DNA of 63,083 bases, filler included, from Collodictyon triciliatum (Eukaryota): the NCBI GenBank assembly GCA_043381765.1. It is 6 parts of 6 records of this genome, joined end to end, with 100 filler letters (N's around TTAATTAATTAA, not from the genome) between each part and the next. Parts side by side here need not be neighbours in the genome. Positions count along the whole stretch, not along the records: positions 1 to 18,138 come from JBHJMP010000073.1; positions 18,239 to 28,477 come from JBHJMP010000074.1; 4 more parts are not named here. One strand, given 5' to 3'. The translations under genes were made by a program, and so were the position numbers. This document shows, one piece after another, positions 1-22,678 of the stretch. The notes beneath the pieces were generated by a model. That model was not told where the DNA came from. It saw only the letters and a program-made list of their open reading frames with translations, and did no database searches. Position 1 is the stretch's first letter. Every line of letters begins with the position of its first letter.

Positions 1-170
1 AAACAAAACAAAACAAAACAAAACAAAACAAAACAAAACAAAACAAAAACGGCTGAGTGCCTCACTCACTCATATTACTCACATGCTTGTTGACGAGTAT
101 GCACTGTATCTCTCCATTCTTTACCCTTTTCATATAATTTCAATTCGTTTCTTTCCTTCGTCGATCGTAG

Positions 171-1597
171 ACTCCTTCAGACGTCCCCCAGTTCACTGGA
201 ACAAACTTTTGCCATTCCGTAATGAACGTGCTGTACGGACTGGAAGGACGCAAATTCGATGTAAGTGGAATGTGCAAACTGGGTTTCCTTTCGTACGGTC
301 CTTGTTAAATTTCTTCTTTTAATCGAATCGTTTATGCCATCCACCTCATCTTCTCATTCTGTGGGTTCTGTACTGTTTATTCATATTGTGCTCTGGCAAA
401 GACTCGAGCTGTCAAATTCATCAACATATTATTTAAGGTGGACGATTTGTCTCCCATGAATTTCAACGAAACACCCTTTCACGCAGATAAATGTGCTCGA
501 AAATTCATACTGTTTTCCTGTCTCAAATGGTTCCTTGAATGGTGAGGCTTGGGTAAAATTGATTTTCTTCTTTTCTTACTTTTTCTCTTAAAAGATAATA
601 TTTCCTTTATTTTTTGATTGCTCACTTAAGATATTGGATTTCCTGATTTTTGATCTGTGTATTAGTTAATTTGTTCCATGAGTGTAAATCATATTTTCAA
701 TCTACTCAATGTGACTCATCTTCATTCCTTCATTCACGGTGTGGTTTACATCCGATTGTAGCGAATATGAGCACGATGTTTTGAATTTCTGCATTTGCGC
801 CGACCACTATGGGAGTATATCTTCGGGTCGAGATGCCATTGAATTTGCAAATTTTCTTTACAAACAAGTAAGTGCTGAACTCATCGCAAGTTATCTAATC
901 TGATGGACTTCGATTAGCAGTGTCTAATATACCAAAAAAATCGAGAATAAAGAATCCAATATCGCCATAACAATTCATTACGAAAGACTGCCACCGAATA
1001 GTTTTATCAATATAAAATATTACAATCGAAAGAAAGAACAAAAAAAATAATCAAAATATTAGATTTTCATAACCTACATATTCCTTAGTTTATCGAAGAG
1101 AACAGTCCCCACGAACTTTATCAGGCAATTCCACATAGAGCTAAAATCCGCGCAGAACTTGTCAGTATCACGATACAAATATAAAATTATACATTCGATT
1201 TAACATCCCTTATGATATCACCGAAGTTGACATTTCTGTAAAATGCTCTCAGGAAAAACATAGCCCGTCCCTTTTTGTCAGTGTACAGGAAGAATGCATG
1301 AAGATGGTCAAATATGACTTTTATGCCATCATGTTCAAGCACCCTGTGTTCAATGCATTTGCAAATTCAGTGCACATGAACTTACCTGCTTTAGTAACGA
1401 ATATGAAGGTAGATAGTGTGATATATATCAACCTTTTTCTCCTCCATTTCTTCCAAAAATCATATGCCGTGAATAATTTCATTCCGCCACAGTTGACAAT
1501 CCCGATGACAATCAGACAGTCAGGGCATGTTTTGAATTTGATGGAGGCTCTCGAAAACTTTGAGGTGTTTACAAAACTTAATTGTAGAAGAGATTAA
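171..1597 (+). CDS. RGS (regulator of G-protein signalling) domain protein, 5' partial, multi-exon
   Basis: GT-AG exons 171-260, ~401-541, 762-867, 1089-1160, 1253-1408 and ~1493-1597 join in frame. They give ...CLKWFLECEYEHDVLNFCICADHY...AIEFANFLYKQFIEENSPHEL...RAKIRAELEKHSPSLFVSVQEECMKMVKYDFYAIMFKHPVF, which follows the RGS helical pattern (FL-sE-senl-FW-ac-y ... iy-kFi---sp-e ... lF--aQ-ev--lm--d-y). Stop TAA at 1595-1597. Confidence 0.7.
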
Positions 1598-2156
1598 TTT
1601 CATCATATTATCAGGGAAACAGGAATTAAAATGAATCATTTTGAAAATATCATGCGTTTTTGATTCTCTCAATCTTTCTTATAACCCTTTTATAGCTCAA
1701 GGAACAAACAGACAGAATCCTTGCCAACATATCTGAGGGAATATCTTACTTTGTAACCAACTCTATCCGCCGCTTACTGACCTTTGCTGTTCTAAAGCAA
1801 TTTGTTGAGCGAGAAGTTAGCATGGAAAACATTACATTCTATATATCTGTCTGTGATTTCAAAGAAAAATTGGTAAGCCTTCAAGAAAAAGAAAAAAGAA
1901 AAAAAGAAAAAAAGAAAAAAAGAAAAAAAGAAAAAAAGAAAAAAAGAAAAAAAGAAAAANNNNNNNNNNNNNNNNNNGAAAAAAAAAAGAAAAAAGAAAG
2001 AAAAAAGAAAGAAAAAAGAAAGAAAAAAGAAAGAAAAAAGAAAGAAAAAAGAAAGAAAAAAGAAAAAGATGAAGGCAATATCAAATCAGGACAGCAATAA
2101 TACTGGTCATCTATTATAGTTGTCATAATTATAATTTTATATCAAATACTCGTTAC

Positions 2157-6634
<4,478 letters not shown>

Positions 6635-6970
6635 TTTTTTTTCTTGTCTTGTGAGGTTGTGAGCTGCAGAGAAAGTAAACAGAGACAGATTCATCTCTCC
6701 CAATTCGCGCTATCCTGTCTCTCCTTGATCCTGTTTACCCATCGTGCATTGTTTGCACTCAAGGCACCGCGAGCTCTGTGGATGATGCAGTCTTTTCATC
6801 TAATACTCTTGCCATCTCATAGAATGAAAATGTCTATTTGCGATGCCCGATTTCTTCCCCAGGCTTTCCCACGCAATCTCTGATTTATTCAACAATCCAT
6901 GATGCGATTAGAGGGGGATGGGGGTTGGGTGTGAGGGGAGCAAGGGAATAGAATGCGGCGTGACGCGCAA

Positions 6971-9900
6971 CTATTTCTGCTGGTCGATCTGGTCGGATGT
7001 CACCCAAGTACCGTGGAAGCCGTAAGGAACCTGCATAATGGTCCCGGCTAACGTCACTGCTTATGTGTCTCAACACGTATTTTTCGATGGTTGGCAGACA
7101 TATGTGGTTGGTATGTATTAGAAGTTATAGTACTCGTTCCGGAGTCTGAAGACGGGCGACATAGGTCATTCTTTTCGCATCAATGACTACAAATTCGCTT
7201 GAGTTTGTGTTGTGGTTGTAGGTAAATGTCACTAGGTATCCGTCATCTTCATCTTGTATGGGGCATAAATTAGATAGAGAATTAAAAAGTGAGAGGATTT
7301 AAATATACTGCCTTAGAGCTACATCTGACACTACCTTCAGCATTTTCCTTTTCAATAAAAACTCCTTCTCCTCCAGTAATGCCTTCCCCAAAGGAAAAAA
7401 TGACTTTATTTCCCATTTCCTGGAGGTCATATCTGTTGTGAGGGAAAATGTATACGAGTGCCTATTTAGAGAGTTAAGTAGGGAGAGAATGATTTAATGA
7501 ATTACGTTATATTTTTCTGCTTTCTTTTATGGACAAGTATTTTGTAAAGAAAAAGCTTCTTATTATGAACATTAAGTAACAAGAAAAGAAAAGAGAAGAA
7601 ACTAGATAATATTCATTAAAAAAAAACATAACGAAATGAGATAAATGAATATCAAACAGCAAAGAGCACATAATTACTTCACTAATCCAGATATTGATAA
7701 CGTATCCAGTCGGGTTATATGAGCGCAATAGCCATAGCGAAATGGGCGCCCCATGAGACTCTCATTAATTGTAGGAAATTCTGTGTGCTCGTCAGCTAAT
7801 TTTCTCTCCTGCACAGTTTTTTTGTGCAAGTTGAACCTGTAATTATACAGATGATCAGAAAGTTACCAGGAACTAAGAGTTCCTCTACACGAAATGGAAG
7901 TCAGTCGTGTTTTGCATAAAATCGTACAGACTTCATGAAGAGCCAAACAAAAATGGTAAAGTTTAAAAGGTATGCAAAGTCTGAACAAAATATTAAGATA
8001 ATCTCGCCCATTAAATACCTCCATTCGTATAAAACAGGAAAGTCTGATGAACCACCAGTTAATTGTGTCAGGTTGATATCCAACTTGTCGTATCTGTTGG
8101 CCAAAACGACTATTTCTCCCTATATATATAGATCACGAAAGTACATCCAATCTTTTGAATCCTAATTCAGAATAAAATGTCATACAAATGTTGAAATACC
8201 TCAGGTGTCTCATACGCACTCATCGTGTGGAATATCATACATGTTTTCACTTCAATCCAAACAACATCCTGGTTGGTCCCATATCTTGGAATTATTCCGA
8301 AATATGCTGGACTCTCCTCCTCAAAGCCTAGGAGCTTTTTTTGGAAGGAAGAGATGGGATTAAAAAAATAAACAAAACACAATAAAAAAAAGAAGAGAAA
8401 TGAAAACGGTACGCCAAACATAAATTTTCATATATATACATTCAAGGTAACCACGCGAAATTTCGGCATATCTTTAAACCATCACAAACCTCTCCACCCA
8501 TGAACAGCCGGCCAACGCGGAACGTTAATGGGAGATACATGAATATTGAGTACTTTTCAGTAATCGCAAAGTCATGCATCATGACAGGCACTGGAAGATG
8601 AATAGCCTCGTTGTGAATAATATCTCCGTTTTTGTTTGCTATCGCATATCTCAGATAGGGAGGAAGCTCTGCAGCATACCCGAAAAAAATCATTTCCCCG
8701 GTCACTGGGTCGACCTTGGGATGCGCTTAAAAAAAAAAGAAAAAGAAAAAAGAAGGTCATAATGAAGAAAACAGACAAGCAAATAAATCAGAAATACAAT
8801 ATTTCATGGTTCTCGAGAGAAATATTTCCTATTGGTTTGAGACTGTACCAGTGAACGCAGATTTGTATTTACCCCCGAATGTATGAGGTCCGACCGTGTG
8901 AAGAGATGGAAGCACTTGCTATAGTTGATACAAATAGAAATTTGACCTTAAATAGTTGGAATGGGGTTTAAAGCACATCTGCAATAATTACCACCATAGA
9001 TTCATAAAGGAACATATTTTTTCCAATACATGAGTGGGTGGTGATGCTTCTACCAAGGAAAAGAAACGACCAGCATGATACTAAATGGTTAAGTACATTT
9101 TAAACATAAAATTTCGAGAATATCATAAATGTTCGTATCTCTCCTGCTGATATATTACGACTAATACATACTTTGACGCTCGTATTAGCTGTACAAAGGT
9201 TTGGAGAAAAGTGTAATCCTAAACGCTGCAAAATTCCTTCGATGACGAATCGGAAAAGAATCCACACAGAACTAAAATCTCCTATTCCATACCTCAAGCA
9301 CTTTCCAGCCTTAAGATATATACTCACTTAGTTTTTGTAAGAATCACATAGAATAAAAAATCAGAATACAAAAAATCAGAATACAAAAAATCAGAATACA
9401 AAAAATCAGAATACAAAAAATCAGAACACGCCAATACCGCAAAGTCAAATAGAATAAATGATGGAACGTCGCAGGATTTTTTCTGGAAATGTTTATTTTA
9501 TTGGTAAAAAAATTCGTACCTTCTTTTCCATCTCAAACTTTTCTGTTTTAACGAATTTATTTGTGTAATAGGCCTTTCCCTTCGAAACTCTGACACCATG
9601 TGTCATGCCATCTCCATCAAACCTATATTACATCAGCATAGGTAGTTCATAGTCAATTATAATTTTATTTGTCTTAAGTTGACTCTTTTATATACAGGAA
9701 CTATAAAGTATAAATGTGATATTCGTATAGCGCAGCCATTTTGTACCATAAATCTTATAATATAAATTATTTGTTTTATGATAAACCATGAAAATCACTA
9801 CCAATGATGTCCCCAAATCGGAGCAAATTGCGGGTTGGGACCATTCCGAACAAACATGCCTGTTGTTATTATGATTTCGTAATCACCATAATATTACATC

Positions 9901-10463
9901 TAGGCCATATAAAATATACGAAATAAATCAAGTATAATAAAAGTCACCATCAATCTCACGAGGGATTTCTCCATCAATAACATTAAGGAGAGTAGCAGAA
10001 TGCTCTTTGTGGACAGGTCCGTAGTTCCCACTCAAGTATGGATCTATGTCGAAGCCGTATTAAATATACTCCTCAGGTCAGGTTCCACTTAACACTGTAA
10101 TACCGAAATATACAAACGATTGTAATTGAACGAAAACAAAAACAAAAACAAAAACAAAAACAAAATAAAAACAAAATAAAAACAAAATAAAAACAAAATA
10201 AAAACAAAATAAAAACAAAATAAAAACAAAATAAAAACAAAAACAAAAAAAACAAAATGCCATGAGACATATGAGCATTATTTGTAATCATATACACATT
10301 TTTCTCCTTTGTACAACACAAAACGCAAGATGTTGGTACAAGTATACCACACCGCCTGGCAAGGATATGAGCGGCATACTTAAAATTATCAAGGCGTTGT
10401 GTATGTATTGATTTAGAGAAACCTACTTTGTGTGTTCGTGCCGAAAATAACATGCTTGGTCAT
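6971..10463 (-). CDS. Carotenoid cleavage dioxygenase (CCD1/RPE65/lignostilbene dioxygenase superfamily), apparently complete
   Basis: Exons translate to NPYLSGNYGPV, MFVRNGPNPQF, HWFDGDGMTHGV, TANTS, AHPKVDPVTGEMIFFGY, MMHDFAITE, IFHTMSAYE, EFPTINE, GEGVF, EDDGYLVTF and RVPYGFHGTW. All four Fe-ligand histidines are present. Stop TAG at 6971-6973. An N-terminal extension up to the ATG at 10681 is possible. Confidence 0.93.
9355..9426. repeat. 15-bp minisatellite (AAAAAATCAGAATAC) x ~5
   Basis: Tandem copies in a CCD intron. Confidence 0.9.
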
Positions 10464-10707
10464 CCTGATAAAGTCGGTCACAAGAACGTACGGAACAACA
10501 AAGAGTGCACGAATCAAAGTTCCAAGCTGGCGAAAAGGATGAACCCACAGTAAGAGTATTGAAAAAGAGTCATAGCTTGGAACTCGTAAAAAAAAAAAAA
10601 AAAGAAAAAAAAAGAGGCAGGAAAACCTGTAGTTTTGGAGACTGTGGTGGCATGCGGAAAGGAAACGTATACTCCGCCATGGTACTTTCTTGTCCAAACG
10701 CGCCTAC

Positions 10708-10766
10708 CATACACAAAGTGGAACTTTGAATCGAATAAAGGGAAAAAAAAACATACACAAAGTGGA
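10708..10766 (+). mobile_element. Micro-retroposon-like insertion, family B, with perfect 15-bp direct repeats
   Basis: CATACACAAAGTGGA (10708-10722 and 10752-10766) flanks the 29-nt insert ACTTTGAATCGAATAAAGGG-A9. Confidence 0.7.
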
Positions 10767-11451
10767 CATGATCTCCTCTCCTCTTCTTTATTTTTTGTTT
10801 TGCTTTTTTCTTTGAGCGGCGCCTGAGTCTTATCAGCGACTTGCTCTCCTTTGGTTGTAGCAAAGAAGGCCACAAAAGAGCCAGGAGATGACAACAATAA
10901 TGATGTAAGAGAAAGAGACAAAGGAAATAATTATGTGCAGTAAGTGCGAGGTGANNNNNNNNNNNNNNNNNNNNNNNNNNNNNNNNNNNNNNNNNNNNNN
11001 NNNNNNNNNNNNNNNNNNNNNNNNNNNNNNNNNNNNNNNNNNNNNNNNNNNNNNNNNNNNNNNNNNNNNNNNNNNNNNNNNNNNNNNNNNNNNNNNNNNN
11101 NNNNNNNNNNNNNNNNNNNNNNNNNNNNNNNNNNNNNNNNNNNNNNNNNNNNNNNNNNNNNNNNNNNNNNNNNNNNNNNNNNNNNNNNNNNNNNNNNNNN
11201 NNNNNNNNNNNNNNNNNNNNNNNNNNNNNNNNNNNNNNNNNNNNNNNNNNNNNNNNNNNNNNNNNNNNNNNNNNNNNNNNNNNNNNNNNNNNNNNNNNNN
11301 NNNNNNNNNNNNNNNNNNNNNNNNNNNATAAAAGAATAAAAGAATAAAAGAATAAAAGAATAAAAGAATAAAAGAATAAAAAGGAAATGATAATGATTAT
11401 GCCCCTAGAGAAATAAGGGAGGAGATATCCAGCTAAAAAACCGCGCTCTAC

Positions 11452-11599
11452 CTTCAATCACCTGGATAGACTTCTCCTGGGAAGCGCCGCTCGAGTCACC
11501 TTCTCCCAGGTTTCCTGCCGCGGGCTTTTTTCGTGCTGCACCGACGAATCTGCGCACAGGCTTTGCCTTTGTCTCCCCGGTTACACCAGACGTTTCCAT
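11452..11599 (-). CDS. First coding exon of a gene, possibly diphthamide biosynthesis protein 1 (DPH1-like N-terminus)
   Basis: The ATG directly follows a cag acceptor. METSGVTGETKAKPVRRFVGAARKKPAAG...KSIQVIE ends at a gtagag donor. KP-RRFVG resembles the N-terminal motif of fungal Dph1. The remainder is not visible because of the N gap at 10955-11327. Confidence 0.3.
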
Positions 11600-12011
11600 C
11601 TGTAACAAGCAAGTATAAAAATAGAAGAAGAAAAAAGAAGAAAAGAAGTTAATAGAAAAAAAACAGAAGAAAAAAGAAGAAAAACAGAAGAAAAGAGAAG
11701 AAAAGAGAAGAAGAAGAAGAAGAAGAAGAAAAGAGAAGAAGAAGAAAAGAGAAGAAGAAGAAGAAATGAGAAGAAGAAAAGAGAGGAAGAAGAAAAGAGA
11801 GGAAGAAGAAAAGAGAGGAAGAAGAAAAGAGAGGAAGAAGAAAAGAGAAGAAAAGAAAGAGAAGATCCCAGCCACACAAGCCACACAAACAGACACAGCC
11901 ACCAAGACAAGGACAATGCCAGAAAACCCGTCATGTTTGGAGGTGGTTTATTCGAGATGCAGGAAAATCCGCCGAGAGCTGAGTTTGTCTCCGCCACCAG
12001 AGCCGAGCGCC

Positions 12012-17782
<5,771 letters not shown>

Positions 17783-18138
17783 GCTCGCTTGAGTGCTTGG
17801 TTTGTGGGAGAAGGCTTTAGTATTTCTTGTTACTTTCAATCAAGGGCAAACTCGTATGAGACTCCCTTGAAAAAACCGCGACCGGGCGTTTTCCTGTGTG
17901 AGGCAGGGTTCGAGGGTGTGGGTTTGGTGTGGTTTATTCGGGTTTGTGCGAGACAATCCAAACCCTTGTTCGGGGTTCGGTACCACATTATTTTTCGTGG
18001 GTAGAAGGGCAGATGACGTTAATGTCATCCGTTTACCAATATCTCGCAGCATAAAAAGAAAAAAAAGAAAAAGAAAAAGAAAAAGAAAAAGAAAAAGAAA
18101 AAAGAAAAAAGAAAAAAGAAAAAAGAAAAAAGAAAAAA

Positions 18139-18238
18139 NNNNNNNNNNNNNNNNNNNNNNNNNNNNNNNNNNNNNNNNNNNNTTAATTAATTAANNNNNN
18201 NNNNNNNNNNNNNNNNNNNNNNNNNNNNNNNNNNNNNN
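18139..18238. other. Artificial scaffold spacer (44 N + TTAATTAATTAA + 44 N)
   Basis: An identical 100-nt cassette with a six-frame stop linker occurs five times; linker at 18183-18194. Confidence 0.97.
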
Positions 18239-20166
18239 AACCTTAGGAAAATAGTGGGATATTGATTGCTTAGAATATAAATCCTGCTCTGAGCATGGAC
18301 AAGTTTGAATCTCCTTCAAGAAAAGAAATAGTATACTTGTATTTGGAGTGACTAAACATCTAATTAATTGAATATGAAACTTTAAAATTTTACCGTTTCA
18401 ATTTTGAAGACATCATAGAATTCTGTTAGCACATCGAACTTTGTAAAGATTTTATTTAAAACAAAAAACAACTCGGATGGAGGCAGCTCGCTCGCCATCC
18501 TGTTGTAGTCGCACACTTCTGCAAAAAGAACCTGATTTATGAATTTACATTTATTTTAATAAAAGCCCATTTATTTTGAAATCTCTCTTAGAAAATTAAT
18601 GAAGCAGCTCTGTTATTTTTTTTTATTCTTCCTTTCAATTTTTGTGCAGAACGGTGGGAAAGCAGCTCGATTATGAAATGTTTTTTTTAGCTCTATTATG
18701 AAATTTTATTACGGTGACATGCTCAAACGAGGTTGCAATCGTTTTATCTGGGTCATCCCGTAGTTTTGTTGATATCTCATTCTAGACACCAAAAAAAGTA
18801 AAATTAACCTTTTTCAATCGTTCTAACTTTAGTCAATAGTCACTGTATCTAACTAAATGCATTTCATATATCGAGGTATATTAAATAGAAATATAAATGA
18901 TGTAGTCTTATTTTTTCTTTTGGTTAAAAATAGGAGAAAAAAAGGAGAGTGCAGAATTCACCGGCAAGATTTGATCTAAAATTGTATCTGCATTCTCATG
19001 CTCAACGATTCCTTTTTCACGATTCATAAACTCTGTAAAGAATTCTTTCTGTCGGATGACCCTGGGTTCAATGGATCACTTTTATTTATATGACGATTAC
19101 ATACCAATTTGTGATATTCTAATCCAAAGAAAGGCATAAAATGTTCATATAAGGAGAAAATAAAAACCCATTCCAACTATTTGTAGCTATTGCTATGGCA
19201 TAGATTATGGCTGCTTGCGCAGGGCTGGATACTCCATCTAATTACCAAAATTAGAATGGGATTAATATTTAATTAGGAGCGATTTTCCTTCTTTTTTCCT
19301 TTATTCGATTCAAGGGAAGAAAGGGTTTTGAGGAGCAATTTTCTTTTTACTGTTCTTAGAAATAAAATGGGTAAGAACAAGTGATATTAGATACTATCAT
19401 GACAAAAAAAAAGAAAAAAAACAAAGACCCTGTCCAGCAACAATTAAATTTTTTGCTACATTTTCCTTAAATTTATGGGGTATTAACATGTATCAAAAAA
19501 AGTAGCAAAATCACCTCGCCCAATAATGAACGAAGCAAGTACGTATGAAGTAAAGTCAGTCGCGTATATGATGCATGTTTTCTTATTTTCCATAGAGGAC
19601 ATGTTAAACATCAGCACTGCGGATAGGATTTTGGCCATCTGGTTTGAATGCGACCACAAATATCTTGAGTCCAGTATTCCCTATAGAGTTGGTCGTAAAT
19701 CTCTATTTGATACATGCGCCTCAACTAAAAAAACCGAGTAATCATAATTATGTCGGAAAATCTTCATCGCGTACTTGCAGAGTAAATCCAAAGACGTTGA
19801 ATATTGCGTTGGCAATCAACAACTTCTCAGACAAGGGTCCATATGAATAAAACTTAGAAGACATATATGTAAAGTGCATGAGTGACTGCATCGTGCATAA
19901 TCCAAGGACTGCTGAACGAACCAAGCTCAAAGCATTGGACGCCTATGGGATAAATTTCAAGGCCAAAAATTTTTAATTACAAAATAAAACTATTTTCAAA
20001 GAAGCAGCATTCATTTAAGGTATATTGGTACAAGGAAAATTACATCGACAGGAAAAAATGAAGACACGAAATAGCAAGTGTAGATTAGAAAGAACAAAAA
20101 TGATGCGCTTCGATTAGTTGTCGATGTGCGATATGATTTGTAGACATCGTATTCTTCTGCCAAATT
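18239..20166 (-). CDS. Multi-pass membrane class III nucleotidyl cyclase fragment (guanylyl-cyclase-like), partial at both ends
   Basis: Several hydrophobic exons (SASFLFFLIYTCYFVSSFF; AQAAIIYAIAIATNSW) precede the helical linker EHENADTILDQILP-NEISTKLR and the cyclase core FEHVTVLFAEVCDYNRMASELPPSEFVFVLNKIFTKFDVLTEFYDVFKIET. The scaffold ends there. Confidence 0.8.
18601..18674 (-). mobile_element. Micro-retroposon-like insertion, family A, in an intron of the cyclase gene
   Basis: The reverse complement reads CCCACCGTTCTGCACAAAAATTGAAAGGAAGAAT-A9. It is flanked by GAAGCAGCTCTGTTAT and AAAGCAGCTCGATTAT (13/16). Confidence 0.65.
19275..19346 (-). mobile_element. Micro-retroposon-like insertion, family B (5'-extended)
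   Basis: AGGAGCGATTTTCCTT and AGGAGCAATTTTCTTT (14/16) flank an insert whose reverse complement is CAAAACCCTTTCTTCCCTTGAATCGAATAAAGGAAAAAAG. Confidence 0.6.
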
Positions 20167-20770
20167 NNNNNNNNNNNNNNNNNNNNNNNNNNNNNNNNNN
20201 NNNNNNNNNNNNNNNNNNNNNNNNNNNNNNNNNNNNNNNNNNNNNNNNNNNNNNNNNNNNNNNNNNNNNNNNNNNNNNNNNNNNNNNNNNNNNNNNNNNN
20301 NNNNNNNNNNNNNNNNNNNNNNNNNNNNNNNNNNNNNNNNNNNNNNNNNNNNNNNNNNNNNNNNNNNNNNNNNNNNNNNNNNNNNNNNNNNNNNNNNNNN
20401 NNNNNNNNNNNNNNNNNNNNNNNNNNNNNNNNNNNNNNNNNNNNNNNNNNNNNNNNNNNNNNNNNNNNNNNNNNNNNNNNNNNNNNNNNNNNNNNNNNNN
20501 NNNNNNNNNNNNNNNNNNNNNNNNNNNNNNNNNNNNNNNNNNNNNNNNNNNNNNNNNNNNNNNNNNNNNNNNNNNNNNNNNNNNNNNNNNNNNNNNNNNN
20601 NNNNNNNNNNNNNNNNNNNNNNNNNNNNNNNNNNNNNNNNNNNNNNNNNNNNNNNNNNNNNNNNNNNNNNNNNNNNNNNNNNNNNNNNNNNNNNNNNNNN
20701 NNNNNAGTGTAATTGTCTTGGGTGATTGGTGATTGGTGGATTGATGGATTGATTAGTCAACTGCACTTAC

Positions 20771-22589
20771 CTTGTGCCAATGGAATCACATCTGTCAGGC
20801 GACTAGATTCCCGCTCATACACCCTCAGAAGCTGATCACTGATGATTTAGATGGATTACTTGCCACGAAGAATTGCACCAGGAGGAAGAGAGTTATCTAC
20901 TCGCGCCTCTGTTCTGTCAAGTGTGTCGACTATGTGCATATGAAATTCGTGGGCAGGAAAATACCTGTAAGGCGCCTGCTCGTACACTTTCAGCAGAAAT
21001 GCGGTCTGCTCTTTCAACGGCGTCTCGAGTGTTGCCCAGAGTTGCTTTATGGATGCTTTGGCCAATTGCCAGCGCTGCGATGCAAATATTCGGACAACAT
21101 TTTTGTCAGCATTCAGCAAAGAAGTATGTGATTCGCTTCTTTTATGAAATTGGTGATCGAAAGGAGAAAATGTCGCAGCTTTGATTAAACAGTTTTTTTT
21201 TTTTTTTATTGTTGTTGATTTGTAGTTGTATTTGATTTGCTTTCATTTTTTTAATATATATTAGACCTTTTGAGAAAGGACAAACGATCTGTCATCGTCA
21301 GACTTCCGTGGTGTTGTGGCCTCAAAGCGTGGAGTTGCGTTGCCACTCTTCAGGGCTAGAGAGAGAAAAGAAAAGGAGTAATACACGTGTTGTTCTAATA
21401 TCTTGTCCAATCAATGCACATCAACGTGTGAATCAGTAAATGGCATTTCATTTGCTTGTTCTTTGCGATATTTTTATTTTTATTTTATTTATTTTACTAT
21501 TATTGTACTATTATTGTACTATTATTGTACTATTATTGTACTATTATTGTACTATTATTTTACTAGTATGGACACATACCTCTAATGGCTTGTTCGTATT
21601 TGAATTTCATATCATCAATAATTTTGTCGTATCGTGACTGCAAGCAAAACCAAATAATTTAGTAATTTTCTTTTTCTTTCGGATTGAATTTCTCGATGAA
21701 ATATTCAAGAGTGATTTTTAGTTTGTTTTTTTTTTAAAAAATATAAAAACTGAGAGGAAAAAATCAACTGACCAAAATGTAAAAACAAAAAATATGACAC
21801 ACACAGAATATGACATATACCAATATACACACCTCGAAGTCCTTCTTCCACTTATCAAGAACAACTATCATGCGCTTTTGCTCTGATTGACACATTTCAT
21901 CCCTGGTCTATTTGGGTGGAGCGTTTAGTTTGTATAAATTGATGATTTGGCACATATGTATCATAACCAGGTATGTAATTGTTTTCTTTCGTTCCCAGGG
22001 AGAGAATCATCCTTTCCATCGTACAATATTTAAAAAGCTTTGTCAAATAAAAGGAAGTAATACTGCAAGTATCAATTCCTTGTACTTCGGCTCGTATCGC
22101 GCAAAAATGTACAAGAGAGTTTGAGAGACAGACGTACTTATCTAAAAGAAAGAGCGCATGCATTAAGTTTGCCTACATGTATCAAATTTGTATATGATTG
22201 TATATCTCAAGAGCACCAAACCTTTCGCAAGTGTGTTTGTGTGTCACTATTCGATGTCGGTTTTATATGAACGGTTTGCTATTTTTTGAGAAAATTGTGA
22301 AAATGAAGTAAACTCGACAAAAGATATAGTAAATCCTGTCACATTTTAAATAGATTCGTAATCTCATAGATTGTGTTTGTGAGCCGCGTATTATTATGTA
22401 TTTGGCACTATGTTTCGCACTGTGGTGAAAAAAAAAATCCTAAAATTACAGATTCCATGCGATACCGAGGAGACTGTAAATGTAAATCGTATGGTCCGAA
22501 GCTTTCGATTATATTTTCTCCCTGAAATATTTTTTTTAAATTATGATGATTTTAATTTATGATTATAAACAAATAATGTTTAGAGTACC

Positions 22590-22678
<89 letters not shown>

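Noticed and set aside
10361-10368. ATATCCTT on the - strand as a U12 (AT-AC) donor in the CCD gene
   Set aside because: A plain GT-AG intron (donor gtaggt near 10423) already yields MTKHVIFGTNTQNPYLSGNY, and no good TCCTTAAC branch point is present.
20167-20706. Fusion of the coiled-coil protein to the cyclase (same strand, adjacent)
   Set aside because: The two are separated by a 540-N gap, with no sequence evidence for a continuous frame.
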